In this document: in pieces, positions 39,731 to 49,834 of the stretch
Numbering within the stretch: position 1 is the stretch's first letter
Layout of the letters: the number at the start of each line of letters is the position of its first letter
Assembly: GCA_964520295.1 (NCBI GenBank)
Contig: CAZFMQ010000002.1
Span: 50,379 to 114,378 of the forward strand
DNA length: 64,000 nucleotides
Direction of reading: 5' to 3'
DNA from: an uncultured Candidatus Saccharibacteria bacterium
GTDB taxonomy: Bacteria > Patescibacteriota > Minisyncoccia > Phycocordibacterales > EsbW-18
Notes under the pieces: generated by a model
Database searches by the model: none
The model's input: the letters and a program-made list of their open reading frames with translations, nothing else
What the model was told of the DNA's origin: nothing
Program-made: the position numbers and the translations under genes

Positions 39731-42700
39731 ATGTCACAGGGGTTTGTTCATCTGCACACGCACTCACACTTTTCGCTCCTTTCTGCCCTCCCGCGTATTC
39801 CAGAACTCGTTGCACGCGCAAAAGAACTCGGTATGCCCGCACTCGCACTTACCGATAACGGTAATCTTTACGGCGCCATTGAGTTTTACAAAACATGTAC
39901 CAAAGCCGGCATCAAACCAATCATTGGCGTTGACTTCTACCTTGCCGCTCGCACGCGCCACGACCGTGAAGCAGGTATAGACAGTAAACGTGAGCGTCTC
40001 ATACTTTTGGCAAAAAACTACAGCGGCTACGAAAATCTCATCAAACTCGTTACCTACTCACACCTTGAAGGTTTTTATTACAAACCGCGCGTCGACCAAG
40101 AATTACTTGAAAAATACAACGATGGATTGCTTGCCATTATTCCCGCATTCAATGGTGCTATTGGCAATGCGCTCTCGCTCGGTGATACACAACGTGCACA
40201 CGACACGCTGTCGCTCTATCGAACACTCTATGGCAATGACAACGTATATTTAGAAATTACAGCGCATCCCGAAATTGATGGACACACAGAACGCATGCAA
40301 CGCATCCGTGCATTTGCACGCGAAACGAACACATCACTTGTTGCGTCAAATGATGTGCAGTATCTCACACCCACTGATGCTTCTGCGCGCCGCACACTTT
40401 TATCGGTACAATCGCATGGAGATGGCTGGCGAAACAGCTTCTCAAATGCCGAAGCCGATTTTTCTTTCACAACCACCGAGCGAATGGCAGAGCTGTTTGC
40501 CGACACACCCGACGCGCTGACCAACACACTCACCATCGCCGAACAATGTGCCGTTGAAATCCCTATCGGCTCGTGGATGTTTCCGACGTTTCCTATTCCC
40601 GATGGTGCAACATACGCAACCGAACTAGAACGCAAGGTGCATGAGGGTGTTACATGGCGCGGTATCACACCAACTGATGAAATAAAACAGCGCATTGCAT
40701 TTGAACTCAACACTATTATTGAAAAAGGATACGCACCGTACTTCCTCGTCGTGGGAGATTTACTTCGTTACGCTCACGAAAACAAAATCCTTACTAACAC
40801 GCGTGGTTCTGTTGCAGGTTCGCTCGTGTCCTACGTACTCGGCATCACCACGGTAAATCCTATTGAGTATCAACTTCCCTTTGAACGTTTTCTCAATCCA
40901 CTTCGCCCCTCACCACCCGATATTGATTTGGACATTGCCGATAATCGCCGTGATGAAATGATTGCGTATGCGCGACAAAAATATGGTACTGATAACGTCG
41001 CACAAATCGGTACGTTCGGAACGATGATGGCGCGCGGTTCCGTGCGCGACACCGGTCGCGCACTCGGGTATGACGTTGCCACGGCAGATCGCATTGCCAA
41101 ACTCATCCCCTTTGGCTCGCAAGGATTTCCAATGTCTATTGACCGCGCGCTTGAAGAAGAACCCGATTTCAAAAAACTCTATGAGAGCGATGAAGATACA
41201 AGAGCAATTGTAGACATGGCACGAAAAATTGAAGGATGTGCGCGTCATATTTCAGTGCACGCAGCGGGTGTGGTGATTTCTCCCGTGCCATTGGAAGATA
41301 TTGTGCCAACGCAGTGGGACCCAAAGGGTGAAGGAAAATTGCTCACACAGTATGACATGCACGCCGTTGAAGACATTGGTTTATTGAAGTTTGATTTTCT
41401 TGGACTCAAAAACCTCGCCATCCTTGCTGAGGCCGTCAAACGCGTAAAGAAAATATATGGACAGGACATTGATGTAGAAGCAATCCCACTGGATGATGCA
41501 AAAACATTTGACATGCTTGCACGTGGAGAAACATTGGCGGTGTTTCAACTTTCTGGTGACGCGATGACTCAGTTTCTCAAGGAGCTACACCCAACAAGTG
41601 TGCACGACATCAACGCCATGGTGGCACTCTACCGCCCGGGGCCGATGAAAAACATTCCCGAATACATTGCGCGCAAACACGGTCGCAAGGCAGTCACGTA
41701 TTACCATCCAAAAATGAAAGAGTATTTGGAACGCTCATACGGCATTTTGGTATACCAAGATGACTTGCTCTCCACCGCGCTCACACTTGCGGGCTACACT
41801 TGGGAGACGGTGGACAAATTCCGCAAAGCCATTGGAAAAAAGATTCCGGAAGAAATGGCGAAGCAACACGACATTTTCGTGGAGGGTTGCAAAACACATT
41901 CACAGATGACTGAAGCACAAGCCGAAGGTCTCTGGGCACTCTTTGAGCCGTTCCAAGGATATGGTTTCAACAAAGCGCACGCTGCCTCTTATGGACGATT
42001 AGCGTATCAAACTGCGTACATGAAAGCACAGTATCCAACTGCGTACATGGCGGCAGTATTGTCTGCTGATGCCGGTGATGTTGATAAAATCTCTGAACTT
42101 ATTGCAGGTTGTAAAAAAATGCAGATTGAAGTGCTCCCACCTGATATCAATGAAAGTTTTGGAGACTTCTCTGTTGTAACCGCAGATACAACAGATGATG
42201 GCGCTGAAAAAATCCGCTTTGGGCTGTACTCAATCAAAAACTTCGGTGAAGGTATCGGTACAGTCATTATTGAAGAGCGAAAAACAAATGGTGCATATGC
42301 ATCGTTGGAAGATTTCCTCTCGCGTATCAATGATCGCAATCTCAATAAGCGCTCCTTAGAAGCCCTCATTCAATCAGGATCATTGGATAGATTTGGAGAA
42401 CGCGGACAACTATTGGCAAACATTGAAACACTGCTTCTATTCAACAAAGAAGCAACAACACATGGCAAAGCACAAGAATCTCTGTTCGGTTCTGCGGGGC
42501 CCTTCCTCTCACACCTGACGCTTGCACCCGCAGACCCCGCACCACAAGAACAAAAATTGCGCTGGGAAAAGGACTTGCTCGGTCTCTACATTTCCGGTCA
42601 TCCGCTTGATAAGCACAAAACGGTGCTGGAGTCGGCGGGCACCACCATTGAAAAAATAAAAGGTATGCAGGCAAACACCACATCTGTGGCGTATGGTCTT

Positions 42701-42922
42701 GTAGAAGATGTCCGCCCTATTCTGACAAAAAAAGGTGATCGCATGGCATTTGTGCGCCTCTCTGATTACACAGGCACACTTGAGGTAGTATTGTTCCCCG
42801 AAGCGTACGAGACCTATAAACTGATTGTAGAACCAGGCACATGTATCGGCGTGAAAGGTAAACTTTCATCGCGCAATGGCGAAATCTCAATCATTGCTGA
42901 CAAAATAAAAACACTGGTATAA
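39731..42922 (+). CDS. dnaE: DNA polymerase III alpha subunit
   Basis: A PHP domain (HLHTHSHFSLL), polymerase core motifs and an OB fold at the C-terminus. About 1060 aa. Confidence 0.9.
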   Translation: MSQGFVHLHTHSHFSLLSALPRIPELVARAKELGMPALALTDNGNLYGAIEFYKTCTKAGIKPIIGVDFYLAARTRHDREAGIDSKRERLILLAKNYSGYENLIKLVTYSHLEGFYYKPRVDQELLEKYNDGLLAIIPAFNGAIGNALSLGDTQRAHDTLSLYRTLYGNDNVYLEITAHPEIDGHTERMQRIRAFARETNTSLVASNDVQYLTPTDASARRTLLSVQSHGDGWRNSFSNAEADFSFTTTERMAELFADTPDALTNTLTIAEQCAVEIPIGSWMFPTFPIPDGATYATELERKVHEGVTWRGITPTDEIKQRIAFELNTIIEKGYAPYFLVVGDLLRYAHENKILTNTRGSVAGSLVSYVLGITTVNPIEYQLPFERFLNPLRPSPPDIDLDIADNRRDEMIAYARQKYGTDNVAQIGTFGTMMARGSVRDTGRALGYDVATADRIAKLIPFGSQGFPMSIDRALEEEPDFKKLYESDEDTRAIVDMARKIEGCARHISVHAAGVVISPVPLEDIVPTQWDPKGEGKLLTQYDMHAVEDIGLLKFDFLGLKNLAILAEAVKRVKKIYGQDIDVEAIPLDDAKTFDMLARGETLAVFQLSGDAMTQFLKELHPTSVHDINAMVALYRPGPMKNIPEYIARKHGRKAVTYYHPKMKEYLERSYGILVYQDDLLSTALTLAGYTWETVDKFRKAIGKKIPEEMAKQHDIFVEGCKTHSQMTEAQAEGLWALFEPFQGYGFNKAHAASYGRLAYQTAYMKAQYPTAYMAAVLSADAGDVDKISELIAGCKKMQIEVLPPDINESFGDFSVVTADTTDDGAEKIRFGLYSIKNFGEGIGTVIIEERKTNGAYASLEDFLSRINDRNLNKRSLEALIQSGSLDRFGERGQLLANIETLLLFNKEATTHGKAQESLFGSAGPFLSHLTLAPADPAPQEQKLRWEKDLLGLYISGHPLDKHKTVLESAGTTIEKIKGMQANTTSVAYGLVEDVRPILTKKGDRMAFVRLSDYTGTLEVVLFPEAYETYKLIVEPGTCIGVKGKLSSRNGEISIIADKIKTLV

Positions 42923-42952
42923 AAAAAACGCCTCGGTGATTACACCGAGGCG
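42921..42952 (-). terminator. Hairpin terminator between convergent dnaE and the GC-rich ORF (T-tract on minus strand)
   Basis: aaaaaaaa-cgcctcggtg-attaca-ccgaggcg. The stop codon of the minus-strand ORF lies in the loop. Confidence 0.55.
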
Positions 42953-43533
42953 TCAGCGGGAGTGGCGAGCAGATGCCACGCACTCCGATATCGCGACCAC
43001 TCCACCGTCGCGGGGCGACCGCCGGGGTGCACGATCCCGTGAATCTGCTCAAGCGATATGTAAAACCGCTTGAACATCATGCGCTCCTTATAATGCGCCA
43101 ACAGATCACTGCTGGGAATGACAAGAATCTCGTCGTTCCCATGCGCAGGATCGATGTGCACGATAGCGAATGCACACGTCTGTAGCGCTTCGCGTGTGAT
43201 GCCGAGCATCGCGTAGCGAATCTCGCCGGCAACGCGCGTGTCACGTACATGGTACGTGTGACAACGCATGCCATTGATATCCAGCAGACGACGCGAGACG
43301 CGAGACATGCGGTTGCCGTAGTGCACGACAACCTGCTCCAGCTTGAAGTGCTGCGCAGACGCTTCCTTCATAATGCGTCCGAACCATGCACGACCATCGA
43401 CGTTGTACCTCTTCGCCTTCGGTGACTTGGTCGCTGGCTTCTTGTCCACCTGAACCTGTGCCTCGGCCTGCTGGGCCTCGCGCAACCTCTGCGCTCGGCG
43501 TTCATTGAAGAACTTCTTCATTGCTCCGCCCAT
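42940..43533 (-). CDS. Hypothetical protein, GC-rich foreign gene with strong SD
   Basis: 197 aa. SD aaggaggagg lies 6 nt upstream of the ATG. GC is about 60%. There are no recognisable motifs. Confidence 0.55.
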   Translation of the reverse strand: MGGAMKKFFNERRAQRLREAQQAEAQVQVDKKPATKSPKAKRYNVDGRAWFGRIMKEASAQHFKLEQVVVHYGNRMSRVSRRLLDINGMRCHTYHVRDTRVAGEIRYAMLGITREALQTCAFAIVHIDPAHGNDEILVIPSSDLLAHYKERMMFKRFYISLEQIHGIVHPGGRPATVEWSRYRSAWHLLATPADASV

Positions 43534-43619
43534 AGAACCTCCTCCTTTGAAAGAGCGTTTGTGAAATCCGCGGGAAACTATATACTACAAGGATATCAAG
43601 GGCAACCACGCTGTTATAT

Positions 43620-45371
43620 ATGAGCAAAAAAACTCCAGAAGATCTTTCCGCACTTCGGCACACGCTTGCGCACCTATTAGCTGCTGCCACACTCAAGCAT
43701 CATCCCGATGCAAAACTCACACTTGGTCCGAGCATAGATAACGGCTTCTACTACGATATTCAATTTGATACCCCACTCAAAGATGAGGATCTTGCACCTA
43801 TAGAAAAGACGATGCGCGAGATGCTTCCTTCATGGACAGCGTTCACTCATGAGGAAGTATCACAAGAAGAGGCACATGCACGCTTTGAAGGTAATCCGTT
43901 CAAACAAGAGCTCATCGAAGAAATCGCACAGCGCAATGAATCAATTACGTTGTATACCTGTGGAGCATTCACCGACTTATGTCGTGGCGGTCACGTAGAA
44001 CATCCTGCAAAAGACATTGATCCAAGTGCGTTTGAACTCTCACACGTCGCGGGTGCCTACTGGCGCGGTAATGAGAAGAATCCGATGCTTACCCGCATCT
44101 ACGGTCTCGCATTTTCATCTAAAGAAGACCTAGATGCATACAAAACACAGATTGAAGAAGCGAAGAAGCGCGATCACAAAAAACTAGGTCGCGAGCTAGA
44201 TATATTCGTATTTTCGGACTTGGTTGGTAGTGGTTTACCACTCTGGACACCAAAAGGAACCATGCTACGCAATCTACTTGATGATTTTGTATGGGAACTC
44301 CGCAGTGCACGTGGCTATCAACGCGTAGAAATACCACACATCACGAAAAAAGACCTCTACGAAAAAAGTGGCCACTGGGCAAAGTTTCAAGATGAACTCT
44401 TCAAAATAACAACACGTGAGGGGCACTTGTTTGCCATGAAGCCAATGAACTGCCCACACCACACGCAAATTTACGACCGAAAGCAGTGGAGTTATCGCGA
44501 GTTGCCTCAACGCTATGCAAACACCACGATGTGCTATCGTGATGAGCAAAGCGGTGAACTTTCAGGACTTTCACGCGCACGAAGCTTCACACAAGATGAC
44601 GCGCATGTCTTTTGTCGTCTAACACAAACAAAAGAAGAGTTTCTCAAGGTATGGGATATCATCCACGAATTTTATGGCGTGTTTGGGTTTGCGCTGTCGG
44701 TGCGTCTTTCAACACATGACCCAGAACATCCTGAAAAATACCTCGGTGATACTGCACGCTGGGAAACAGCAGAAGATATGCTTCGTGAAATTATTGATGA
44801 AAAAGGAGTTACCGCACTTCCCGGTATCGGCGAAGCGGCATTTTATGGTCCAAAATTGGACTTCATGGCCAACGACTCACTTGGACGTCAGTGGCAAGTC
44901 GCAACCATTCAACTAGACATGAACATGCCTGAGAACTTTGATCTCTCATGCGTCAATGAACAGGGTGTAAAAGAACGTATCGTGATGATTCACGCGGCTA
45001 TCATGGGCTCCATTGAACGCTTCATGTCTATTCTCATAGAACACACCGCCGGTGCATTCCCCACTTGGCTCTCGCCGGTGCAAGTGTCAGTCATTCCTGT
45101 GTCTGAAAAACATGTAGCATACGCACAAACGGTCGCCGATGCACTCAAAGACGCGAACGTTCGTGTACTGCTTGATACTTCAAACGAGATGCTCGGCAAA
45201 AAAATCCGCGCATGGAAAACAGAAAAAACACCGTACGCCATTGTTATTGGTGATAAAGAAATTGAAAGCAACACACTCTCCGTTGAACACCGTTCAGGTA
45301 CAAAAGAAACGATGCCACTATCGACATTCCTTGAAAAACTACAGAAAGAGATTACTGAACGTCTGCAGTAA
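43620..45371 (+). CDS. thrS: Threonyl-tRNA synthetase (short form lacking N-terminal TGS/editing extension)
   Basis: LRHTLAHLLAAA, class II motifs (FRLSRAR-like SGLSRARSFTQDDAH) and a C-terminal anticodon-binding domain. Confidence 0.85.
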   Translation: MSKKTPEDLSALRHTLAHLLAAATLKHHPDAKLTLGPSIDNGFYYDIQFDTPLKDEDLAPIEKTMREMLPSWTAFTHEEVSQEEAHARFEGNPFKQELIEEIAQRNESITLYTCGAFTDLCRGGHVEHPAKDIDPSAFELSHVAGAYWRGNEKNPMLTRIYGLAFSSKEDLDAYKTQIEEAKKRDHKKLGRELDIFVFSDLVGSGLPLWTPKGTMLRNLLDDFVWELRSARGYQRVEIPHITKKDLYEKSGHWAKFQDELFKITTREGHLFAMKPMNCPHHTQIYDRKQWSYRELPQRYANTTMCYRDEQSGELSGLSRARSFTQDDAHVFCRLTQTKEEFLKVWDIIHEFYGVFGFALSVRLSTHDPEHPEKYLGDTARWETAEDMLREIIDEKGVTALPGIGEAAFYGPKLDFMANDSLGRQWQVATIQLDMNMPENFDLSCVNEQGVKERIVMIHAAIMGSIERFMSILIEHTAGAFPTWLSPVQVSVIPVSEKHVAYAQTVADALKDANVRVLLDTSNEMLGKKIRAWKTEKTPYAIVIGDKEIESNTLSVEHRSGTKETMPLSTFLEKLQKEITERLQ

Positions 45372-45873
45372 GTGTTTGCGCAATATGCGCTACGAGCCCA
45401 TCGAGATCAAACCCGCGCTCTGCCTCACAGGCAGAGCGCTCTGGCATATCGTAATTCGCACACTGCGGCATACGCGTTGAAAAAGTGAAAATCGCCGTAC
45501 GTGCAGTATCTACTGCTGTCGCATACGCATACTGCGTATACACACTTCCTGCCGCACCTTCTTGCATTTCTGTTACACAAAACTCACGCCCTCCAATGGT
45601 ACGCTTTTCGGTCTTGCCCGCTCGTTCAATGACAGAGCCCGCTTCCACACACGTCAATGGTCCATTGAGCACCTGCAATTGTGGTGGCCAATCAAATGCA
45701 GTGAGGTACGTCGTTCCAAATGTATCTGGATAATAGAACTGCATACTCGACGGCACATCATGCACCACCGACCACTCCTCTGGAATCTCTACACTCGCGC
45801 GGTCGCGCGCAACCCATACTACACATGCAAGAACAGCACAGATAAGTATGAATGTGAGTGCAGATTTCTTCAT
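45352..45873 (-). CDS. Secreted/lipoprotein-like hypothetical protein
   Basis: An N-terminal signal peptide (MKKSALTFILICAVLACVVW) and several Cys. No known motifs. Confidence 0.45.
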   Translation of the reverse strand: MKKSALTFILICAVLACVVWVARDRASVEIPEEWSVVHDVPSSMQFYYPDTFGTTYLTAFDWPPQLQVLNGPLTCVEAGSVIERAGKTEKRTIGGREFCVTEMQEGAAGSVYTQYAYATAVDTARTAIFTFSTRMPQCANYDMPERSACEAERGFDLDGLVAHIAQTLTADVQ

Positions 45874-45876
45874 GCT

Positions 45877-46326
45877 CTATGCGATGTCCTTAAAGACGTT
45901 GTGTTCAAATGTCCACAGCAATGTAAATGCAAGCAGCGTCAGGATGGCTGTTGCAATTGCAATTGTGTACAAACCCAGTGCGCACGCAACACCAATACCT
46001 GCTGATACCCACAATCCTGCCGCGGTGGTCAAACCGATAAGTGTTTCCCCACGCATAATGATGGCACCTGCACCCAAAAAGCCGATACCGGTAACAACAC
46101 CTGCAACGACGCGCATAATGTCAGGACCCGATACACCAAGCGTCTCCGTAACTGCCAAGCTCACTATGACAAAGAGACATGAACCCATTGATACCAGTCC
46201 GAATGTGCGCAACCCTGCTGTTTTTCCTGCACGCGAACGTTCAAGTCCTACGAGTACGCCAAGTGTCAGTGCAATGAGTAATCGTATAATGTGCGTATCA
46301 TTGAGAAATGCGAGAAATGTTTCCAT
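45877..46326 (-). CDS. MgtC/SapB family membrane protein
   Basis: LGVLVGLERSRAGKTAGLRTFGLV is the MgtC N-terminal signature. Four or five TM helices. Confidence 0.7.
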   Translation of the reverse strand: METFLAFLNDTHIIRLLIALTLGVLVGLERSRAGKTAGLRTFGLVSMGSCLFVIVSLAVTETLGVSGPDIMRVVAGVVTGIGFLGAGAIIMRGETLIGLTTAAGLWVSAGIGVACALGLYTIAIATAILTLLAFTLLWTFEHNVFKDIA

Positions 46327-46346
46327 ATAATATATATATATATATA
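46327..46346. repeat. (TA)n dinucleotide microsatellite in divergent intergenic region
   Basis: tataatatatatatatatatac: about 8-9 TA units. Confidence 0.7.
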
Positions 46347-46361
46347 CTATCTAAAAAATTA

Positions 46362-47189
46362 TTATATACACAAACGTTGCGCTTCTGCGATAACTGCGTC
46401 CACTTTCTTACCCGTAATACCTGCATGTTCCAATACATTTGGATTGCTCGTAATATCTTTACACAGTACGATACCGCGTTGATACATTGCCTCACGTTCC
46501 TTTTGCCCAAGTGATGTCAAACATGAGAGTGGGTGCAATTTTGTCTCTTCAATCAAATCCTGCAAATTACCTTTTTGTGGATATCCCCACCCCACCAAGG
46601 TCATGTGTGAACAGGCCCCAAATGCAATCGCATTTTCCGTAAACTTTGTGTTAGTAACTAACCACGACGAACACGTACCACCTGGAGGACATAGCCCATC
46701 ATAGTGATTATCACGCAAGTCATTCATGCGCGCATGGATGTAGAGAGCCACCTTCACGTCTGTTTTGAAACCTTGCGCATTATGGAACTTTGCTTCCACG
46801 AGAATAAGCTCTTTCTGATTGCGAGCGACCACATCTATTTCGTGCGACACACACTTTCCGCGTAATGTGGTGCCCACCTGTGTTTGATACCCCTTACTGC
46901 GAAACATCTCGCCGAGTAACTGTTCGAAGGGAAAACCAGATGGCCCTAACTCAAGCACTGCGCGGCGCAATGAGTACCGAGCGGCAATCGGTGCGCGCGA
47001 TGATTTACGCAACAATTTGAGTGCGTGTTTATAGATGCGCGACGTGGACATACCGTCCGTCACCTCTTTTTCAATCGTGGTAACAATATCACGCACAACC
47101 TCCTCAGATGCGCCGACACGTCGGAGTGATTCTGCCAACTTTTCAGGTTCAAACGCTTCAACAGTTCCGTCCAATTTCGTAATGAGCAT
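46362..47189 (-). CDS. ATP-cone domain fused to Mrr-type (PD-(D/E)XK) restriction endonuclease-like domain
   Basis: The N-terminal ITKLDGTVEAFEPEKLAESLRRVGASEEVVRDIV is an ATP-cone. The central FEQLLGEMFRSKGYQTQV...HEIDVVARNQKELILVEAKF matches the Mrr_cat D...(D/E)xK core. Confidence 0.6.
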   Translation of the reverse strand: MLITKLDGTVEAFEPEKLAESLRRVGASEEVVRDIVTTIEKEVTDGMSTSRIYKHALKLLRKSSRAPIAARYSLRRAVLELGPSGFPFEQLLGEMFRSKGYQTQVGTTLRGKCVSHEIDVVARNQKELILVEAKFHNAQGFKTDVKVALYIHARMNDLRDNHYDGLCPPGGTCSSWLVTNTKFTENAIAFGACSHMTLVGWGYPQKGNLQDLIEETKLHPLSCLTSLGQKEREAMYQRGIVLCKDITSNPNVLEHAGITGKKVDAVIAEAQRLCI

Positions 47190-47206
47190 GTGTATATCGT
47201 AGCATA

Positions 47207-48271
47207 CTACGATGCCACACTCACCACACCACCGCCGATAACTTCTGTGTCGCGGTACAACACAAGCGATTGTCCGACCGTAACTGCTTTCTGTGTTTCT
47301 AAAAACTGTACAGTGTTCGTCTCTGCATCAAACGTACATGGCGCAAGCACCTGACGATATCGAAAACGCGCTGTATAAGCACCGCTCTCTGGTGGTACAT
47401 GTGCAATCCAGTGCACCTGCTCAAGCACAACGTTGCGTATTGAAAATGCATCGGATGTTTTGAAGTGTTGCGATACGGTCAACGTATTTGCCTGCACATC
47501 TTTTGCCACAACATAAAACGCACCGTCATCAGGACGCTTATCTGTAACTGTAAATCCATGCCGTTGTCCGAGTGTGTAGAGCAACGCGCCTTCATGCGTG
47601 CCAATAACACGGCCTTCTGTATCCATCACATTCCCCGATTCCACGGAAATAAATCGTTTCAAAAACTCTTTCATGTCTACCTGACCCAAAAAGCACACGC
47701 CTTGACTGTCTTTTTTATCAGCAACTGACAATCCAAACTCCTGCGCGAGCTCGCGAACTTTTTTCTTTTCAAATGCACCCACCGGAAACAGTACATGCTG
47801 GAGTGTCTCTTGTGGAATGCGCCACAAAAAATATGATTGATCCTTTTGCCCATCAACACCTGCGTGCAACTGCGCCTTACCGTCTGCGCCAATGACGGTG
47901 CGTGCGTAATGCCCTGTCGCCACAAAATCTGCACCCTGTTCTCGTGCTGCAGCAAAAAAAGCACCGAATTTGATTTTGTCATTGCACATCACATCAGGAT
48001 TCGGCGTTCGCCCCTGTGCGTATTCAGCAAGCATGTAATCCACCACCTCTCGCTTGTACTCCGCCTCCAAGTCAATCGTATGAAATGGAATGCCAAGCTG
48101 TGCACACACATCCATTGCATCACGACGCTCATCACGCCACGTGCACTCCAAAAACGGCGGGTGCCACGTTTTGATAAACACACCCACCACATCGTACCCT
48201 TCTTGTTTCAGCAATGCGGCAGCGACCGAGCTATCCACACCACCTGACATGGCAACAAATACCTTCTGCAT
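47207..48271 (-). CDS. mnmA: tRNA-specific 2-thiouridylase
   Basis: The PP-loop SGGVDSSV with catalytic Cys motifs. The start is at the internal ATG MQKVFVAMSGG. Confidence 0.85.
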   Translation of the reverse strand: MQKVFVAMSGGVDSSVAAALLKQEGYDVVGVFIKTWHPPFLECTWRDERRDAMDVCAQLGIPFHTIDLEAEYKREVVDYMLAEYAQGRTPNPDVMCNDKIKFGAFFAAAREQGADFVATGHYARTVIGADGKAQLHAGVDGQKDQSYFLWRIPQETLQHVLFPVGAFEKKKVRELAQEFGLSVADKKDSQGVCFLGQVDMKEFLKRFISVESGNVMDTEGRVIGTHEGALLYTLGQRHGFTVTDKRPDDGAFYVVAKDVQANTLTVSQHFKTSDAFSIRNVVLEQVHWIAHVPPESGAYTARFRYRQVLAPCTFDAETNTVQFLETQKAVTVGQSLVLYRDTEVIGGGVVSVAS

Positions 48272-48396
48272 GTGCACCAACATACCACAGACCATTGACG
48301 CCCGCCCACTGCGCGATACTATACGTGTAGATTTTGTACGTGGGAGCCGAACTCACCCCCAGCGCATCCGCGCTACCCGTATTCGGTTCCTTTACC

Positions 48397-48446
48397 CCCT
48401 CTGGCGTCCATCTCCCACCCCCCTCCGCGCCAGAGGGTCTTTTTTT
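48397..48446 (+). terminator. Strong hairpin + T7 tract in mnmA/def divergent intergenic region (terminator of a short plus-strand transcript or sRNA)
   Basis: ccctctggcg...cgccagaggg (10-bp perfect stem) followed by tcttttttt. The upstream 100 nt is GC-rich and further structured. Confidence 0.45.
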
Positions 48447-48471
48447 ACGCTATACTATAGATATAAGCAGT

Positions 48472-48972
48472 ATGAAAAAAATTGTACAAGTAGGACACAA
48501 AACATTGCGTGCAAAGGCGAAGCCGGTGGCACTCAAAGATATCAGCGGCACACGCATACAAAAAGTGCTCGCAGACATGAAAGAGGCGCTTGCGCGTGAA
48601 GATGACGGTGTGGCAATCGCCGCACCACAAATTGCCGTTTCGTTGCGAATTTTTGTCGTATCAGGAAAAGTATTTCCAAAAAACACGGACGTGGATCGTG
48701 TGTTCATCAATCCCACCATCGTCAACATGTCGCAAGAGCGTGAATGGTTGGAAGAGGGATGTTTGTCAGTGCGTTGGAAATACGGCGAAATCTCTCGTGC
48801 TGAAAAAGCAACCGTTAGTGCATACGATGAACACGGTACGCAATTTACGCTCGGCGCATCGGGATTGCTTGCACAAATCTTCCAGCACGAAATTGACCAT
48901 CTTGATGGCACACTCTTTATAGACAATGCGCGCAACGTGCGTGATATTCCACCACCTGATGACAATGACTAA
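48472..48972 (+). CDS. def: Peptide deformylase
   Basis: The EGCLS motif (EGCLSV) and the HEIDHLDG metal-binding motif. Confidence 0.85.
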   Translation: MKKIVQVGHKTLRAKAKPVALKDISGTRIQKVLADMKEALAREDDGVAIAAPQIAVSLRIFVVSGKVFPKNTDVDRVFINPTIVNMSQEREWLEEGCLSVRWKYGEISRAEKATVSAYDEHGTQFTLGASGLLAQIFQHEIDHLDGTLFIDNARNVRDIPPPDDND

Positions 48973-49834
48973 TCCGCACAATCCTCGTTTCGTTTTTTTT
49001 GGCACACCCGATATTGCTGTTGTGGCACTACAAACCCTGCATGACGCAGGTTTTATTCCTGCACTTATTATTACAGCGCCCGACGCGCGCGTCGGGCGCG
49101 GCCTCGTGCTGACACCATCACCAGCAGCACAGTGGGCAGAGCAACACGCTATCCCCACGCTCAAACCCACAAAACTCTCTGATCTTGCAGTTGCAGATAC
49201 ACTGCGCGCACAACAATTGGAATTGGGAATTGTTGTTGCATACGGAAAAATAATTCCAAAAACACTACTGGATATGCTACCTCGCGGCACGCTCAACATG
49301 CATCCTTCACTATTGCCCCGCCATCGCGGTCCATCGCCCATTGAATCGCAAATTTTGACCGAGACATCCGCACACGATGTTGGTGTGTCCATTATGCTTT
49401 TAGATGAACAAATGGATCACGGCCCTGTGCTCGCGCAAGAAGTTGTAGCTGACGAAATACCTACATGGCCTATGTCGGCCATTGACCTGCGCGCACTGGT
49501 TGCACGCCGTGGTGCACAAGTACTTACACGCACACTACCTGCGTACATAGATGGAACCATTACCCCAACACCACAAGATGACACGCAGGCGACATATTGC
49601 ACACTGATTGCAAAAGAAGATGCACATATTGATTTGCAAGACGACGCACTCACGAATTATCGCAAAATATGTGCGTACGCCGTGTGGCCGCGCGCATTCT
49701 TTTTTGCAGAAAAAAACGGAAAGCGCGTGCGTGTTGTTATCACGCACGCGCACCTAGACGACAACACGCTCATCATTGAGCGTGTTATTCCTGAAGGTAA
49801 AAAAGAAATGTCGTATAGCGACTTTATGCGCTAA
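48965..49834 (+). CDS. fmt: Methionyl-tRNA formyltransferase
   Basis: Formyl-transferase N-domain motifs (FFGTPD, SLLPRHRG) and a C-terminal domain. It overlaps def by 8 nt. Confidence 0.85.
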   Translation: MTNPHNPRFVFFGTPDIAVVALQTLHDAGFIPALIITAPDARVGRGLVLTPSPAAQWAEQHAIPTLKPTKLSDLAVADTLRAQQLELGIVVAYGKIIPKTLLDMLPRGTLNMHPSLLPRHRGPSPIESQILTETSAHDVGVSIMLLDEQMDHGPVLAQEVVADEIPTWPMSAIDLRALVARRGAQVLTRTLPAYIDGTITPTPQDDTQATYCTLIAKEDAHIDLQDDALTNYRKICAYAVWPRAFFFAEKNGKRVRVVITHAHLDDNTLIIERVIPEGKKEMSYSDFMR

